From positions 416,001 to 480,000 of the forward strand of contig CAWBZV010000003.1 in NCBI GenBank assembly GCA_963793305.1: a stretch of DNA of 64,000 bases. The letters run 5' to 3'. The notes below the pieces were generated by a model. It had not been told where the DNA came from and ran no database searches. It was given only the letters and a program-made list of their open reading frames with translations. The position numbers and the translations under genes were made by a program. Positions 49,473 to 58,683 of the stretch are shown piece by piece. Numbering within the stretch: the first letter of the stretch is position 1; every line of letters begins with the position of its first letter. This DNA is from an uncultured Gemmatimonadales bacterium (GTDB lineage: Bacteria > Gemmatimonadota > Gemmatimonadetes > Gemmatimonadales > Gemmatimonadaceae).

Positions 49473-49881
49473 TTGCCACAGGCCGAGCTGCTCGAGACCT
49501 TCCCGAACCCGTATCCCGGGCGGGATTACGAGATCCGGATGACGTGCCCGGAGTTCACGTCGCTCTGTCCGCTGGGCGGTATCGAGAGCGACGCGCGCGA
49601 GCTCGATCTCCTCAAAGGGGGCGCGCCGGACTTCGGTACTGTTGCTCATCACGTATCGGCCCGATGCCCTCTGTGTTGAGCTCAAGAGCCTCAAGCTCTA
49701 TCTGTGGAGCTATCGGAACGACGGGATTTTTTACGAGCGGGCGGTGAATCGTATACTCGACGATCTCGCCGGTTGCGTGCATCCCGTGTGGATGGAAGTC
49801 GTGGGCGACTTCAACATCCGGGGCGGGATCAAGTCCGTGATCACGGCGCGCTTTGGCGCGCGAGGGCCACGAAGCGCGTGA
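49473..49881 (+). CDS. queF: preQ1 synthase (frameshift ~49641)
   Basis: PEFTSLCP...[17 protein letters not shown]. Confidence 0.88.
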
Positions 49882-50390
49882 GGTTGTCCACGCGGTCGGC
49901 CACGCGCTCGACCAGCACCGTCAGCCCATAGCGCTCCGCCGCCGCTGGGCCGGCGATCACCGCCAAGGTTCGGTCTCCGCTCGCCACGAGGTCCCGCGCA
50001 GCGCCGGCGGTGTCCCAAGCCTCTTCCGTCGGCATGTTTTGCAGAAATTGGCGGCATTGCCCGAGGGCCGCTGGATGACTGGCGACCCTTTTGATCTCAC
50101 CGAGGGTCACCCCAGGTAGCGCGAGCAACATCGGCCGGATGATGACCGTGGTCTCGTCGACAATGCCGATCTCGGGATGCGCGGCGATCGCCGTCAGGCT
50201 CGACTTCGATCGGTCCGACGATGGCGTTGTGCACGGGCAGCACGCCACGATCGACGTCCGCATGCGCGACAGCGCGCGCGACGTCTTCGAACGTGCGCTC
50301 GGACACTGGCTCGGCGGCGTCGCCCCAGATTTGTCGGAGCGCCTGCTCGCTGAACGCCCCGAGCTCCCCTTGAAACGCGACGCTTATCAA
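49841..50390 (-). CDS. pheA: prephenate dehydratase catalytic domain (frameshifts)
   Basis: [32 protein letters not shown]. Confidence 0.75.
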
Positions 50391-51433
50391 ACCGTCGCGA
50401 CCTCCTCGGCCACCCGGCCGGCAGCCTCCGCAAAGGCAGCGAGTTTCTGCATCATCGCGTCGAAGGCGCTAATAGTGAGACTCTGCTCGCCGTCAGAGCG
50501 CGCAGACTCCGGCTCAGGGTGCACTTCGATGATGAGCCCGTCTGCCCCCGCGGCGACGGCCGCGTATGCCAGCGGCGCGACGAGTGATGCGCGTCCACCG
50601 GCGTGGCTCGGATCGACGATGACGGGGAGGTGCGTCTCGGCCTTGAGCACGGGCACGGCCGCGATGTCGAGCGTGTTGCGCGTCGCGGTCTCGTACGTGC
50701 GAATCCCGCGCTCGCACAGAATCACGCGATGATTTCCCTGCGCCAGCACGTACTCGGCCGCCATGAGCAGCTCTTGGATGGTGGCCGAGAGGCCGCGTTT
50801 GAGCAGGACGGGCCGATTGGTGCGGCCGACTTCGGAGAGCAACGAAAAGTTTTGCATGTTGCGCGCGCCGACTTGCAGACAATCGGCGACCTCGGCCACC
50901 GACTCGACCTGCCGCGGATCCATGACTTCCGTCACGATCGGCAGCCCCGTCTCGGCCCGCGCCTCGGCGAGCATTTCGAGTGCTGGTAGGCCGAGTCCCT
51001 GGAACGCGTACGGCGATGTACGGGGCTTGAACGCACCGCCACGCAGCGCCTGCGCGCCGGACGCCCGCACGGCGCGCGCGGTGTCGACGATCATGTCGAG
51101 CCCTTCGACGGAGCACGGCCCGGCGATGACCGCCAGCGCCTGGCCGCCGATGTGACACGGCGTGCGCGTTGTCTCGGCGCCGAGTGTCACGGTGGTGGAC
51201 GACGCGAATCCTCGCGCCGCGAGCTTGTATGGTCTCAGGACCGGCGTCACGGACTCGACGCCGGCGAGTGCCAGGAGTGGCACGTTGGCGAGCGCCGATT
51301 CATCGCCGACGCAGCCGATGATCACGCGCTCGACCCCTCGCGAGAGGTGCGTGCGGAGGCCGAGTGACTCGACGCGTCCTCGAATGTGAGCGATCTCGGC
51401 ATTGGTGATTCCAGCGCGGGTGACGATCAGCAT
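50387..51433 (-). CDS. aroF: 3-deoxy-7-phosphoheptulonate synthase (type I-beta)
   Basis: [31 protein letters not shown]. Confidence 0.93.
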   Translation of the reverse strand: MLIVTRAGITNAEIAHIRGRVESLGLRTHLSRGVERVIIGCVGDESALANVPLLALAGVESVTPVLRPYKLAARGFASSTTVTLGAETTRTPCHIGGQALAVIAGPCSVEGLDMIVDTARAVRASGAQALRGGAFKPRTSPYAFQGLGLPALEMLAEARAETGLPIVTEVMDPRQVESVAEVADCLQVGARNMQNFSLLSEVGRTNRPVLLKRGLSATIQELLMAAEYVLAQGNHRVILCERGIRTYETATRNTLDIAAVPVLKAETHLPVIVDPSHAGGRASLVAPLAYAAVAAGADGLIIEVHPEPESARSDGEQSLTISAFDAMMQKLAAFAEAAGRVAEEVATV

Positions 51434-51454
51434 GACAAGGGGTCCGGTGGGGGC

Positions 51455-51486
51455 AAAGAAAAAGCCCCCGTCAGTGTGACGAGGGC
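51455..51486 (-). terminator. attenuator terminator upstream of aroF
   Basis: GCCCTCGTCA-CAC-TGACGGGGGC-TTTTTCTTT. Confidence 0.85.
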
Positions 51487-51513
51487 CGGGTGTGCCGCGA
51501 CGATACTATGCGT

Positions 51514-51597
51514 CTACGCGTGCGACTCCGGGCCCCCACTGGTAAAGAACCAGTAGCGGCGGTCGGTGACGTAGTAGGAGACGCGGCGGGAGGTCAT
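51514..51597 (-). CDS. aromatic amino-acid leader peptide
   Basis: MTSRRVSYYVTDRRYWFFTSGGPESHA*; TATACT -10 lies 7 nt before the ATG. Confidence 0.8.
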   Translation of the reverse strand: MTSRRVSYYVTDRRYWFFTSGGPESHA

Positions 51598-51616
51598 TGC
51601 AATCAGTATAGCACAG

Positions 51617-52027
51617 TTACATGGCCATGGAAAGATTGCCACACGACACGATGGTCCCCATATCGGTGGCCGACTTGTGAATGTTCACGTAGTACGCGCC
51701 GTTGTCGGGAATCGCGAACGGCAGCGTGACGTCGACTTTCCCATTGCCATCTTTGCCGATCTTGATCGGCGTATACGCACCAGCCTGCCCGACGACCGCA
51801 CCGTTATCACCGCACTTGCCCGAATGCACGTGCCACGGATATGTCACGCCGGCTTCGCCGCCAGTGATTGTCACAGTGGCGTGAGTACTCGACGCACTGG
51901 ATCCCGGCTCGACGGACACGGCACCCGCCACGGCGGTCCCACCCTGCGGCATGAGCTTCCCGCCCCATTTCATGGGCGCGGCGATAGCCACTGAGCTCAA
52001 CGCAATAAGAGCAGCGATGCGAATCAC
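51617..52027 (-). CDS. secreted Cu/Zn-SOD-like/CHRD-like protein
   Basis: Signal peptide; WHVHSGKCG, VNIH, SCG. Confidence 0.6.
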   Translation of the reverse strand: MIRIAALIALSSVAIAAPMKWGGKLMPQGGTAVAGAVSVEPGSSASSTHATVTITGGEAGVTYPWHVHSGKCGDNGAVVGQAGAYTPIKIGKDGNGKVDVTLPFAIPDNGAYYVNIHKSATDMGTIVSCGNLSMAM

Positions 52028-52066
52028 TGTGGTGTTCCTCGGAAGGGGGTTTTGAGACCGGGGAAG

Positions 52067-52339
52067 TTACGCCGTGGTCCCGGCCATGGCGAGCGGTAAC
52101 TCGAGCTGCGAGGGATCGCCCCACGACTCATCGCATATCAGTTGGCAGGTCTGGTGCCGGAACTGCCAGAGCGCGATGGGAGCCCGAAGGCTATCCGGCG
52201 GCAGGCCGGCCAGGCTCAACGCTTCTTCTCGCACGCGCTGCGGTAGCGCGGTCGAGCCTGGCCCATTCACAATAGCCCACACGTGCGCCAGATCGCGCGC
52301 CGCAATGGCATCCGCGAGCGCATCGAGCAGGCGAAGCAC
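52067..52339 (-). CDS. hypothetical protein
   Basis: Co-oriented ORF directly after ku. Confidence 0.5.
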   Translation of the reverse strand: MLRLLDALADAIAARDLAHVWAIVNGPGSTALPQRVREEALSLAGLPPDSLRAPIALWQFRHQTCQLICDESWGDPSQLELPLAMAGTTA

Positions 52340-52343
52340 GGGG

Positions 52344-53252
52344 TTACGCGGTCTTTCGCGATTTCGAGCGCGTACCCTTCTTGGCCTTTTTCGGCTCCTC
52401 TTCCTGCTCCTCAGCCTTGGCCTCGCGCGCGGCCTCCTCCCCTTCCTCGGCCGCCGCCTCGGCGTCGCCGCCAGCCCGCTTCCGTCCTTGCTCCAGGCTC
52501 TCTCTCAGTCGCGCCATGAGATCGAGCACCGGCGTGCCTTCCGGCTCCGCGGTTTCCTCGGTCGAGATCTCTTTGCCCTTCAGCTTGTCGTCGATGAGCC
52601 GCATGATGTAGGCGCGATAGTCGTCGGTGTACTTCGACGCATCGAACGTCGTCGAGTACTGCGCGACCAGTTGCTCGGCCATCGTGAGCTCTTGCGGCTT
52701 CACTTCTTTTGCACTCGGGAACGTGAACTCGGTCGCGGGGACGAGCTCATTGCCGAACCGCATCACTTCGAGGACGATCGCCTCACCGATCACTTTGATG
52801 GCCGCCAATGACTCGCGCTGGCGCAGCGCGAATTTGCCGATGCCCACCATCTTGGTATTGCGAATCGTCTCGCGCAGGAGTGCGTAGGCGCGCTCGCCAC
52901 CTTTCTGTGGCACGCAGAAATACGGCGTCTCGAAGAAGCGTGGATCGATCTCGCTTTCTTGCACGAAATCGATGATATCGAGGGCTTTGGAGCTGCCCGG
53001 CTGGGCGGCCTTGAGCTCTTCGTCCGTGATCACCACGAACTTGCCTTTCGTGTACTCGTATCCCTTCACGATCTCCGAGTACGGAACGGTTTTGTCCTCG
53101 AGATTGCAGATCCGGTCCATGTGGATCGGCGACAGGTCTTTTTCGTGCAGCTGGCGGAAGCTGATCCCGTCATTGTCCCGGACGGCTGTGCGCAGCTCAA
53201 TGGGAATGTTCACCAAACCGAAGCTGATAGCGCCCTTCCAGATAGCGGCCAT
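52344..53252 (-). CDS. ku: NHEJ Ku protein
   Basis: IWKGAISFGLVNIP, IVKGYE, AYALLRE, YTDDYR. Confidence 0.95.
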   Translation of the reverse strand: MAAIWKGAISFGLVNIPIELRTAVRDNDGISFRQLHEKDLSPIHMDRICNLEDKTVPYSEIVKGYEYTKGKFVVITDEELKAAQPGSSKALDIIDFVQESEIDPRFFETPYFCVPQKGGERAYALLRETIRNTKMVGIGKFALRQRESLAAIKVIGEAIVLEVMRFGNELVPATEFTFPSAKEVKPQELTMAEQLVAQYSTTFDASKYTDDYRAYIMRLIDDKLKGKEISTEETAEPEGTPVLDLMARLRESLEQGRKRAGGDAEAAAEEGEEAAREAKAEEQEEEPKKAKKGTRSKSRKTA

Positions 53253-53410
53253 GGTAAAAAAATAACACCGGACCCGGACCCTCGGCCCGGCACGGCCCGG
53301 GCACGCGAATCCCCTGAAGACGTGAAGCCCCTGGACACGTGAACCCAGACATCAGAACTGAGAGTTTCAAGGCGACGAGCCGCGAAGCGGCGAGGAGTCA
53401 GCCCTTGTGC

Positions 53411-53419
53411 TTATCCACA
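53411..53419 (+). promoter_or_regulatory. DnaA box
   Basis: Perfect TTATCCACA just before the dnaA-like start. Confidence 0.75.
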
Positions 53420-53423
53420 ATTT

Positions 53424-54455
53424 GTGCACAGAATCCAGTCAGTGCTGAACTCAGCGTACACGTTCGCCCATTTCGTGATCGGCAAGTCGAACGACCTGGC
53501 CGCAGCCAGCGCTACGGCTGTGGCCGCACGCCCGGGCCGGACGTACAACCCGCTGTTTATCTATGGCGAGACCGGCCTCGGCAAGACGCACCTCATGCAG
53601 GCGGTCGCGCACGAGGTACTGGGCCGGCATCCGGAGACGCGGCTCGTGTACGTCTCGGCTGAGCAGTTCACGAACGACCTGGTGAGCTCGATGCAGCAGG
53701 CGGATTTGTCACCATTCCGCGCGCGATATCACACTGCTGATCTATTGCTGATCGACGACGTGCACATTCTCGCGGGTCGTCGCGCAGCCCAAGATGCATT
53801 TGCTGAGACGTTCGCCGTTCTGCACAACGGCGGTCGACAGATCATGATGACGAGCGACCGCGCGCCGCAGTCGTCGGGCCTCGACAGCGAGCTCGTAGGC
53901 CGTTTTCGAGGGGGAAAAATCGCCGACGTCTCTCGCCCGGAACGTTCGAGCATCGTCACGCGATCCTGCGCGAGAAAATCAAATTCGACACGCGTGGCCC
54001 GGCGGTTCCCGACGATGTGATCGCGTTCATCGCCGATCAAGTCACGCAGAACGTGCGCGCGATGGAGGGCGCGCTGACGCGTCTCATTGCCTACGCCGCC
54101 CTCAAATCGCGTCCCGTGAGTCTCGATCTCGCGCGTGAAGCCCTGCCCTTGAAGGCAGCCGCCACGCCGAGCGCCGACGCGGAATTGGTGGCTCGCCGGG
54201 TCGCGGCTGAGTGGGGTGTTACACCCGAGGCGCTGGCCTCGAAGCGCCGGACGAAAGAGATCGTCGAGCCCCGCCAGGTCGCCATGCACCTCTGTCGTGA
54301 GATTCTCGGCATGACGCTATCCGACATTCGGGGCCGTATTCGGCGGACGCGACCACTCGACCGTGATTCACGGGCTCGAGAGGGTGCACGCGGAAATGGG
54401 GTTCAACCCGGCATTTTCTGCCCGTGTTCGGCGTCTCGAAGAGGGGCTCCGGTAG
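53424..54455 (+). CDS. DnaA paralog lacking domains I-II (frameshifts ~53945 and ~54327)
   Basis: YTFAHFVIG, YNPLFIYGETGLGKTHL, LLIDD, NVRAMEGAL, PRQVAM, FGGRDHSTVIH. Confidence 0.85.
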
Positions 54456-54573
54456 CGGGAACATACGTCTCCGCAAGTGCCCTCGGATGTCGTGCGTGTG
54501 ACCAATCGGCCGTGCTCAACGTGACACAAGACCGCCCTTTGTTACGATTGTGGCATCCCCAACCTGCCTGTCG

Positions 54574-54669
54574 ATATCCACATACCGGTCACAGCGCTAA
54601 TCACGGTTGTGATGTGAGTTAGGCCATACGCCAAATGTTCTCCACAACTGGTTATCCACGTTATCTACA
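54574..54669 (+). promoter_or_regulatory. cluster of DnaA-box-like sites
   Basis: ATATCCACA 54574, TTCTCCACA 54638, TTATCCACG 54652, TTATCTACA 54661. Confidence 0.65.
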
Positions 54670-54785
54670 TGCGGCTCAATGACTTAGACTGTCACGGGCC
54701 GTTGCGTTCGTGGCCTGGACATTGTATACCTCTCGCACTCGCGCAACGTGCGCGAAATGACACACCGGGACGAGGGGTACTGGGG

Positions 54786-55148
54786 ATGAATCTTGTTGCG
54801 TGCGACGCGCCGGTCGGGGTGCTCGATGAAGCCCCTCAGACGGCACTGCGACAGGACACGTCGACCGAGCATTGGGATGGTTTTTGGGCCGACGACGACC
54901 GGTACTACGCGCGTTGCACGACAGCGGCTGGGGTGGCTTGGTATCGGATGGACGACGGGATTGAGGTTGGACCCGTAGCCACAGTACTGCCGAGGCCGCT
55001 CACCTCGAATAACGTACCCCGAGTAGATATTCGCCGGCCGATCGTGTTCCGCGTCGGCCAGGGCTGCATCGTCGGGTTTCGGCATGCAGTGAAGCGACCG
55101 GCTCTGACATTAGCGAGCCGAGCGCGATCGTCTGACATCTCGGCGTAA
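54786..55148 (+). CDS. hypothetical protein
   Basis: ORF with a plausible RBS; no motif. Confidence 0.35.
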   Translation: MNLVACDAPVGVLDEAPQTALRQDTSTEHWDGFWADDDRYYARCTTAAGVAWYRMDDGIEVGPVATVLPRPLTSNNVPRVDIRRPIVFRVGQGCIVGFRHAVKRPALTLASRARSSDISA

Positions 55149-55211
55149 CCCGACATGAGTTACGCCGTCGCGTCCGGGGCCGATTGGGCTCCGGTGGAGA
55201 TCTCTTTTTCT

Positions 55212-56141
55212 TTACTGCGCGAGCCCGGGCAGCGCGAGTTGTTCCGTGCGCCGTTGGGCGAGCATGACGGCCGCGCCGTGCAGCCAGGACAGTGCGACGT
55301 CGACCGTCGCATTGCCCGACGCTGCCGCGCGGGCGACAGTGAAGTGCAGGTTCAATTGCCGCAGGATGTCGCCGGGCTCGGACCGCGTGAGGTACGTGAT
55401 GAGCGCGGCGGCGGCATTGGCGATGTGGTAGAGCGTGAAGAGTCGGAAGCGGACCGCGGCGGCTTCGTCGGCGCCGAGCGCCGCGAGCAGTGCGGTCTCT
55501 CCGGTCTCGCGCTCCTCGCGAATGGCGCCGAGTCGAGTCACGGCACGGCGGTACGCGGTGGAGCGCGCGGGAGCGAGCAAGTCGATCCACACGTGCGCCA
55601 GTCGATCGGTGAGCACCGTCGCCCAGTCGGCGTCGGGGTCCGCTTTGAGTGGTGCGAGTGGGTCGCCGGCGCGGAGCCAGTCGCCCAGGTCAGCGCGGCG
55701 ATCACCGACCGTGGCGAGCGAGGCGACGTGCAGGAGTCCTATGAGTCCTGCTTCGCCGTGTCCGTGGAGTGGCAACACCCGGTGGAGCTGGAACGCTCGG
55801 GCCGCGACCGCAACAAGCGCGGGACGGAGCGTCTCGGCATTCGGCGGACTGGAGAGCGGCGTGCCGTTGCCGCTGAACGCGCGCACGTACGGATCGAGCC
55901 AGTCGAGCGCGGCGACATCGTACGCGGTAGCGAGGACGCTGACCGCGGGGATGTCTTCATCGTTCGGATTGGCGGGGCCGTGCTTCGCGGACCAGAGACG
56001 CTGAGCAGCCGCGAGCGCGCGAGCGCGTTCGTGGGCATCTATGGCGGTAACCGCCCAATGCCCATCGAGTGCGCTGACAACGCCCGGCGGACCGGGATTG
56101 CCGTGCGGCGTCTCGGCCTTGGTCGGCGAAATCGGCGTCAT
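55212..56141 (-). CDS. hypothetical helical protein
   Basis: 309-aa ORF with GGAG RBS and natural composition. Confidence 0.6.
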   Translation of the reverse strand: MTPISPTKAETPHGNPGPPGVVSALDGHWAVTAIDAHERARALAAAQRLWSAKHGPANPNDEDIPAVSVLATAYDVAALDWLDPYVRAFSGNGTPLSSPPNAETLRPALVAVAARAFQLHRVLPLHGHGEAGLIGLLHVASLATVGDRRADLGDWLRAGDPLAPLKADPDADWATVLTDRLAHVWIDLLAPARSTAYRRAVTRLGAIREERETGETALLAALGADEAAAVRFRLFTLYHIANAAAALITYLTRSEPGDILRQLNLHFTVARAAASGNATVDVALSWLHGAAVMLAQRRTEQLALPGLAQ

Positions 56142-56485
56142 TCAATCTCCGCAGCGTGGAGCACAGGCGCCCTGAACCACCGTGTATCACAATACTGCGT
56201 GTGCAACAAACGCGAAAGGAGCGGTCGTGTATAAGGTTACAGCCATTGGTCACGGCTCAGTAGCGAATTTCGCGGATCCCCGTACCTTTGCCGGTCGTTC
56301 GGATCCAAAATGGATCCGCCCGACCAGCGAGCTTGACCGGCTGAGGCCGGTCAAGGTTCCGCTCCCATTTTCCGATGGGATTTGAGCCCCAAACCGGCGC
56401 GGCGCGCCGTCTTCACTTGCTGTGCTCAACGTCCCGAGACACAGATCTCCGTTTCATCCTCAGCGCACTCCTCGAGGACGTACCT

Positions 56486-56839
56486 ATGCCATCTTTCCCG
56501 CGCGAGCTGCTTCTGCCGTCTCAAGAGGCGGAGGGCCCGTGCGACCTGACTAGTAGTCTTACCCCATCCGCTGGCGGACTCGGCGGTGACATTACCTCGT
56601 TGGCCGGTGGTCTCACCGACAGCGAGTCTGCTGGCGCCTTGTTGGCGTTATCCGAGCACGCGACCGTGCTCAGGTTGATCTGGGAAGCGCATGCCCGCGG
56701 CGCGATTGCGTTGCCGCCGACCTTGGCTCGTCGAGTGGTGCAAGCTCGGCGGTCTATCCCGAAATACCTGAGCGTGAGCTCGGCGGGAGCGTTCGCGCAG
56801 GTCGCGCACACGCCCACTGCGCAGCGCGACGCTATATAG
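56486..56839 (+). CDS. hypothetical protein
   Basis: GAGGA RBS; followed by a terminator. Confidence 0.5.
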   Translation: MPSFPRELLLPSQEAEGPCDLTSSLTPSAGGLGGDITSLAGGLTDSESAGALLALSEHATVLRLIWEAHARGAIALPPTLARRVVQARRSIPKYLSVSSAGAFAQVAHTPTAQRDAI

Positions 56840-56859
56840 TCGTAGCTCCCAAAGACTCG

Positions 56860-56890
56860 GCGCCCCGTCTACAGCGGGGCGCTTTTTTTT
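56860..56890 (+). terminator. intrinsic terminator
   Basis: GCGCCCCG-N7-CGGGGCGC followed by a T8 run. Confidence 0.85.
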
Positions 56891-56966
56891 GTTGCGTCGT
56901 GAGAATTCACACGTATACTGTGACGGATGCGTTACACGACGTGACCTGAATGTGACTGGGGGCGGT

Positions 56967-57476
56967 ATGAGAGCGAGCGCGAGCGTGGTAGCGGGGGTCT
57001 TTTCCCTATGTAGCCTCGGCCTGGGCTGCGCTGGGCACCATGCGCCACCTGGCGGCTCTGTCGACGCTGCCTTCGCCGTGGTCGAGATTCGCCCTCAGCC
57101 GAGACAGACCCTGAAAGACCAGATCATCCAGGAAGCATCGGTGGCCGAGTCTCATGGGCTGACGCCTTTCCTCGAGCTCACGTCCGAGTTCAGTCGGCGG
57201 TGCTTCCTCGTCGATCACAGCTTCGACGATACCCGGATGCGGCAAGCGCTCACCGGGACATACATCATCAGGATCGATATCGATCGCTGGGTTGGGCGCT
57301 TCGGAGAGACCGGGCTCGACCGGTTGCCGATGGCTTTGCCGGGCTTCGTCCAGCTCTTCGAGGGTGGGCGCGGCATGGGCCCGTACATCGACGCCCGCTC
57401 CTGGATCGCCGACGCTCCCTCGGCTGTCGCCCCTTCGCTCGGCGCCTTCGTCCACTCCTTCGTGGCCGCTAACTAG
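56967..57476 (+). CDS. putative lipoprotein, degenerate thioredoxin-like
   Basis: Lipobox-like LGLGC; thioredoxin-like pattern without CxxC. Confidence 0.45.
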   Translation: MRASASVVAGVFSLCSLGLGCAGHHAPPGGSVDAAFAVVEIRPQPRQTLKDQIIQEASVAESHGLTPFLELTSEFSRRCFLVDHSFDDTRMRQALTGTYIIRIDIDRWVGRFGETGLDRLPMALPGFVQLFEGGRGMGPYIDARSWIADAPSAVAPSLGAFVHSFVAAN

Positions 57477-58057
57477 GGCTTCGCGACCTCGGCCAGGTCC
57501 TGTCGAGGAGGCGTGGGCGCGGCGAACTGGCTGGGATAATAGAAGACGAACGCGTGCCGATCGCATTGGATGATCGCGAACGCGTCGCCGCGATCGAGGA
57601 GCTTGCGTGCATCCTCGCGGCTCGGCTGACATGAGTACGCGTCCGCTCCACCCGCATAGCACTGATCGGTGCGATCGCTATAGCACGTCGCGGGCGGGTG
57701 CGTATGCACCTCTGGCACGCCCGCCGGGCAGGCGAAGGTCGCGCCGTTCGGCGTCGCCTCGCTCGTCTCGACAGGCTTGATCTCGAGCACCCGGAAGACC
57801 GTGTCGGCATCGCGTCCGTCGGGCTTCTGCACGGCGGCCGAGTCGTTGGACGCATGGACGCGCGCATTGCGCGAGGTCGCCGTCCACCACTGGGTGACGC
57901 AGTACGCGCGCTCGACCTGCGCCGGATTGTCCGTCCACTCCGCGGCGAGCGCATTGCGCGCGGCGTCCATGACGACGCCATACCGCATAATCTGAGCGCT
58001 GGCCGGCGAGGTCACACTGACGGCGAGCAACACGCCGAGGAGGACCGCATAGCGCAT
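57473..58057 (-). CDS. secreted JAB/MPN-like protein
   Basis: Signal peptide; ERAYC, HTHP...PSRED. Confidence 0.55.
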   Translation of the reverse strand: MRYAVLLGVLLAVSVTSPASAQIMRYGVVMDAARNALAAEWTDNPAQVERAYCVTQWWTATSRNARVHASNDSAAVQKPDGRDADTVFRVLEIKPVETSEATPNGATFACPAGVPEVHTHPPATCYSDRTDQCYAGGADAYSCQPSREDARKLLDRGDAFAIIQCDRHAFVFYYPSQFAAPTPPRQDLAEVAKP

Positions 58058-58244
58058 GCGGTCGATCGCCTCTCGGATTCCGTGTGCCGCGCCAGTGACT
58101 CGCATTGCTGGACTCGCTCCTCTCGCATTACTTGGTCGACGAGGTCTTTTCCTCTTGCGTCACGCCTCGTGTGCGACCACCCGTTGACTTGCACTGTGCT
58201 CATCGCATTGTCACTATCACATCATCGACTCACTTACTCATCTA

Positions 58245-58655
58245 ATGCGCGCGTCTCGTGATCTCGCTCACCTTCTCGCCGTGATGCGCCCGGAACTCGA
58301 CCCGCGCGAATTTGTTTTTGCGACGGGGTCCTTGGACACCCTCGCCGAGCTCTCCCGATCTGGCACGGCGCTTGTCGCGACGTTCGTCGAATCCGAGGGC
58401 GTGAGCCTGATCCTCGAGCGCACGGCCGCTCTCCGCGCCGGCCTGGCGTACATATACCCGTGCCGCCTCATCACGCTGACGGTCCATTCGTCGCTCGACG
58501 CGATCGGATTTGTGGCGGCCGTCACATCTGCGTTGGCCACGGCCGGCATCAGCGTCAATCCCGTCTCGGCGTATCACCACGACCACCTGCTGGTCGCCGC
58601 CGATCGCGCGGACGACGCGATGGCGGTGCTGGAGAGACTCAGCATTTCACTGTAG
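58245..58655 (+). CDS. ACT domain protein (DUF2241-like)
   Basis: ESEGVSLI, ITLTVHSSLDAIG, ISVNPVSAYHHDH. Confidence 0.85.
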   Translation: MRASRDLAHLLAVMRPELDPREFVFATGSLDTLAELSRSGTALVATFVESEGVSLILERTAALRAGLAYIYPCRLITLTVHSSLDAIGFVAAVTSALATAGISVNPVSAYHHDHLLVAADRADDAMAVLERLSISL

Positions 58656-58683
58656 ATTGTTGCCCGTTTCTCTCGGGCGATCG

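Noticed and set aside
53411..54669. Primary oriC/dnaA
   Set aside because: The protein lacks domains I-II, there is no dnaN/rpmH context, and no clear AT-rich unwinding element.
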